From Chrysomallon squamiferum (taxonomy: Eukaryota > Animalia > Mollusca): a stretch of DNA of 64,000 nt. The notes under the pieces were generated by a model. The model saw nothing but the letters and a program-made list of their open reading frames with translations. It was not told the DNA's origin and did no database searches. A program made the translations under genes and the position numbers. Of this stretch, positions 61,801 to 64,000 are shown piece after piece (position 1 is the stretch's first letter; every line of letters begins with the position of its first letter). Where the stretch lies: NCBI GenBank assembly GCA_012295275.1, contig CM022667.1:12400001-12464000 (forward strand), read 5' to 3'.

Positions 61801-62605
61801 GTCGTGGAGAGACTCATCAAGAAGTCCAGTGTCCAAGAGAAAACAGAGTCAGTCACCACAAAGTCCAGGCATGAGCCCCAAGATGGCCAGCTACAGAGAG
61901 AAAAGTGAGGCAGTGAGAAGTCCACAAAAGAGCCCACCATACAGCCCACAGCAGAAGAGACCTGACTGGAGCCAGACATCCAGAGAAGTTTCCTGGAGTC
62001 CAAAGACAACGACTACAATAGAGTCGAGGAAAACCTACACTAGCAGTGAGGCACCTGCAGTGAGTCTTTGTTTGTAATAAATGTAAATTTTAGCACAACC
62101 ACGAGGTATGTGTACTCTATGTCAAGGTTTTTGAGTGCAGGCAAGAAGTATATATATACTCTATGTTATGGTTTTTGAACAAAACTAATAAACCTATTCA
62201 GAGGTTTTATCAGTTAGTTTTGGTTTATTATTGTTTTTATTATTATCATATTATGATGACATTATTGGTTTTTGTTGTATTTTGTTTCTGCTTCTACTTT
62301 CTTGTACATCTTTCTTCTTCTTCTTTTTTTTCTTCTTCTTTTTTTCTTCTTCTTCTTTTTCATCTTCTTCTTCTTCTTATTATTATTATTAAAATGTTAT
62401 TTTGTAATACTGCTAGTACTGCTGCTACTACAGTTACGATTATTATTGTTATTCCTGTTGTGTTATTATAAATCAGATAAGCAGCGATGATGCTGATGAT
62501 GAAGCTAAAGCTATGAAGTTCAGAGAGTGGTATGACAAAGACTTCAGTGAAAGAAGGTCATGGCTTCGAGACCATGTTGAACAGTCAAGAAAAGACAGTG
62601 TGTGA
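51879..62605 (+). CDS. Uncharacterised coiled-coil protein, paralog B (S/K/R/D-rich N-terminus, SP-rich C-terminal insert), ~590 aa
   Basis: Non-coding exon ending 51443. Coding exons 51879-52406, 53049-53085, 53533-53684, 53955-53996, 55150-55206, 56284-56394, 56969-57015, 58217-58367, 60811-60990, 61327-61350, 61509-61541, 61778-62059, 62477-62605. Exons of 57, 111 and 47 nt are identical in size to paralog A. Shared motifs are W.LLEDI..HF, AY..F.KM..ELK..S, L.ADM.RLF.EHK.L and KA..FR.WYDK....RR.WL. Probable 3'UTR intron 62627-63271. Confidence 0.82.
52668..53048 (+). repeat. 39-bp minisatellite (~10 copies) ending at a splice acceptor
   Basis: Unit aaacttgcacatacatgttatatgttttctaaagatcta. 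The last unit ends catgttatgcatttccag|exon. Confidence 0.92.
54300..54545 (+). mobile_element. Possible highly decayed LINE (RTE-like) 3' remnant
   Basis: Non-simple intronic sequence. Frameshifted translation WLDKI..MDEK..SNPVHRK..RQ..WI resembles WLGH..RMD..R....NP..R..GR...W. Confidence 0.3.
55430..56231. repeat. 46-bp minisatellite (~17 copies)
   Basis: Unit accaccaaacatatcagagccttattttcaagtatactagtgtttt; ends about 50 bp before the acceptor at 56283. Confidence 0.93.
58985..60810 (+). repeat. 74-bp tandem array (~25 near-identical copies) abutting the acceptor of paralog B exon 60811
   Basis: Unit agtaatagtactgaaatttataatgatgatttatatcatgtgttacagattaaataatctgcactcttcttact; period 74 (e.g. 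59281 to 59355). Confidence 0.97.
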
Positions 62606-64000
62606 TCAAACACCTTCAATAACTAGGTCAGAAAAAAAAAAAAAAAAATATTTTCTGTGTCATGGGGATCTCAGTAACATAATTTTATTAAAGAAATCTA
62701 AGCAATATTAATTTACATGAAAACCATTTTGAAAATCTCCTTTTCAAATGTCGTTTGAGAAATCTGATTTAATTTAAAAAGAATTTACAACCAGAACCAG
62801 TTCAGGCATGCCTGTTGTCATCCACAAAATGAGGTAAATGACGTTTGAGAAAATGTTGATATATTTTAGTCTAAATTAAATATGAAACAAATGATTTTAT
62901 AACATTATTTTAAGAAAGGTATTTTTGATATAAAGTCGTGATGTTATTGTTTGAGTCTGTAATGGCTAGATTTGGTGATAATGGAGATGTTATTTTTAAC
63001 AAAGTTCTTGGAAAAGATCTATATTAATTAAGAAATGAATTGAAAACATAAACACCAAAAATTGTTAAAACAGGGTTTGAATTAACATGGTTTAAACAAA
63101 AGTAATTTAATTAGAAACAACATACTTAAAATATTTAAATGAAAATTCACAATAAAGCTTCTTCTTTTTTATTTTTAATTTTACTTTTATATTATTAGCA
63201 TAATTGAAACAAAATTTCTGTTAAAATAAAGTGTATGAATATTCTATTCACAGTATATTTCACATCTTCAGACTCTAGATGGACATTGCCATAAATCTTT
63301 GTAACATCCATTACATCAAACAATGCTCCACCTGCCATCAGAAAAATTCCAGACAGAAAACGGATGCGAGTCCAACGAAAGAGAATATGGAGTCATTTGT
63401 TTTATTTTACTCTTGTTAATACAATAATCTGTGATATAAAGATAAAAACATCATATGTATACATGTTATTTAATGTTTTTGTTTTAACGTTTTTCAGTTA
63501 TTTATTTTATTTTTTTTTTTCGTAAAATGTGACATTTTGTTTATCTTTAATTGGTTTGAGTTAATTTTTTGAGATAAAATTGTTTAATGTTTTACAATTC
63601 GTGCAAAAAAAGTAACCTGACGTTAAGCATTAGTTATTTTTTTGTACAAAGGTATTCGATACAATTTTTAGGTATTGTTACAGATGGTGCTAAAAATAAA
63701 ATATTATTCTTAAAAGATATAATCACATATTGTGATTGCCATCTTCAATTTGCATAAATAATAATAAAAACAAAATAATGGATTAAAACTTTGTTTTTTC
63801 ATTAAATTTTAATTTTAATTTAATTTATTTGGTTCATGGTCACTTTGCCATGATCAGTGTTAATTTTTATAATTTTTTTTCTTTTTGTTTGATTAATGTA
63901 TCTGTTTACTGTTTTCATTTGTATGTACTGTATATTACAGACTTTTGTATTGTGTTTATTTATAAAAGATTAGAAATCTATATTTTGAGAGTTAAAAAAG

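Overview
AT-rich, intron-rich animal DNA full of microsatellites. It is a protostome, most likely a mollusc or other lophotrochozoan (inferred from the miR-71/miR-2 cluster and repeat landscape). Gene models were built by hand from splice sites and phases. From left to right: (1) the first coding exon of a secreted coiled-coil protein (-). (2) A complete CD-MPR/ATG27-like MRH-domain membrane receptor (+). (3) An orphan Cys-rich terminal exon (-). (4) A complete 21-exon PPP4R1 gene whose intron 7 holds miR-71 plus seven miR-2 hairpins. (5) Two tandem paralogous uncharacterised coiled-coil genes with K/S/R-rich N-termini. Tigger and RTE-LINE remnants are also present. Main observations: the PPP4R1 coding sequence is enriched in seed sites for its own intronic miR-2. 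PPP4R1 intron 2 holds an E2F/CCAAT/CHR-type promoter with an in-phase alternative first exon. Tandem arrays in the two paralogs repeatedly amplify splice sites, including about 25 candidate poison micro-exons. A templated 29-bp insertion truncates paralog A.
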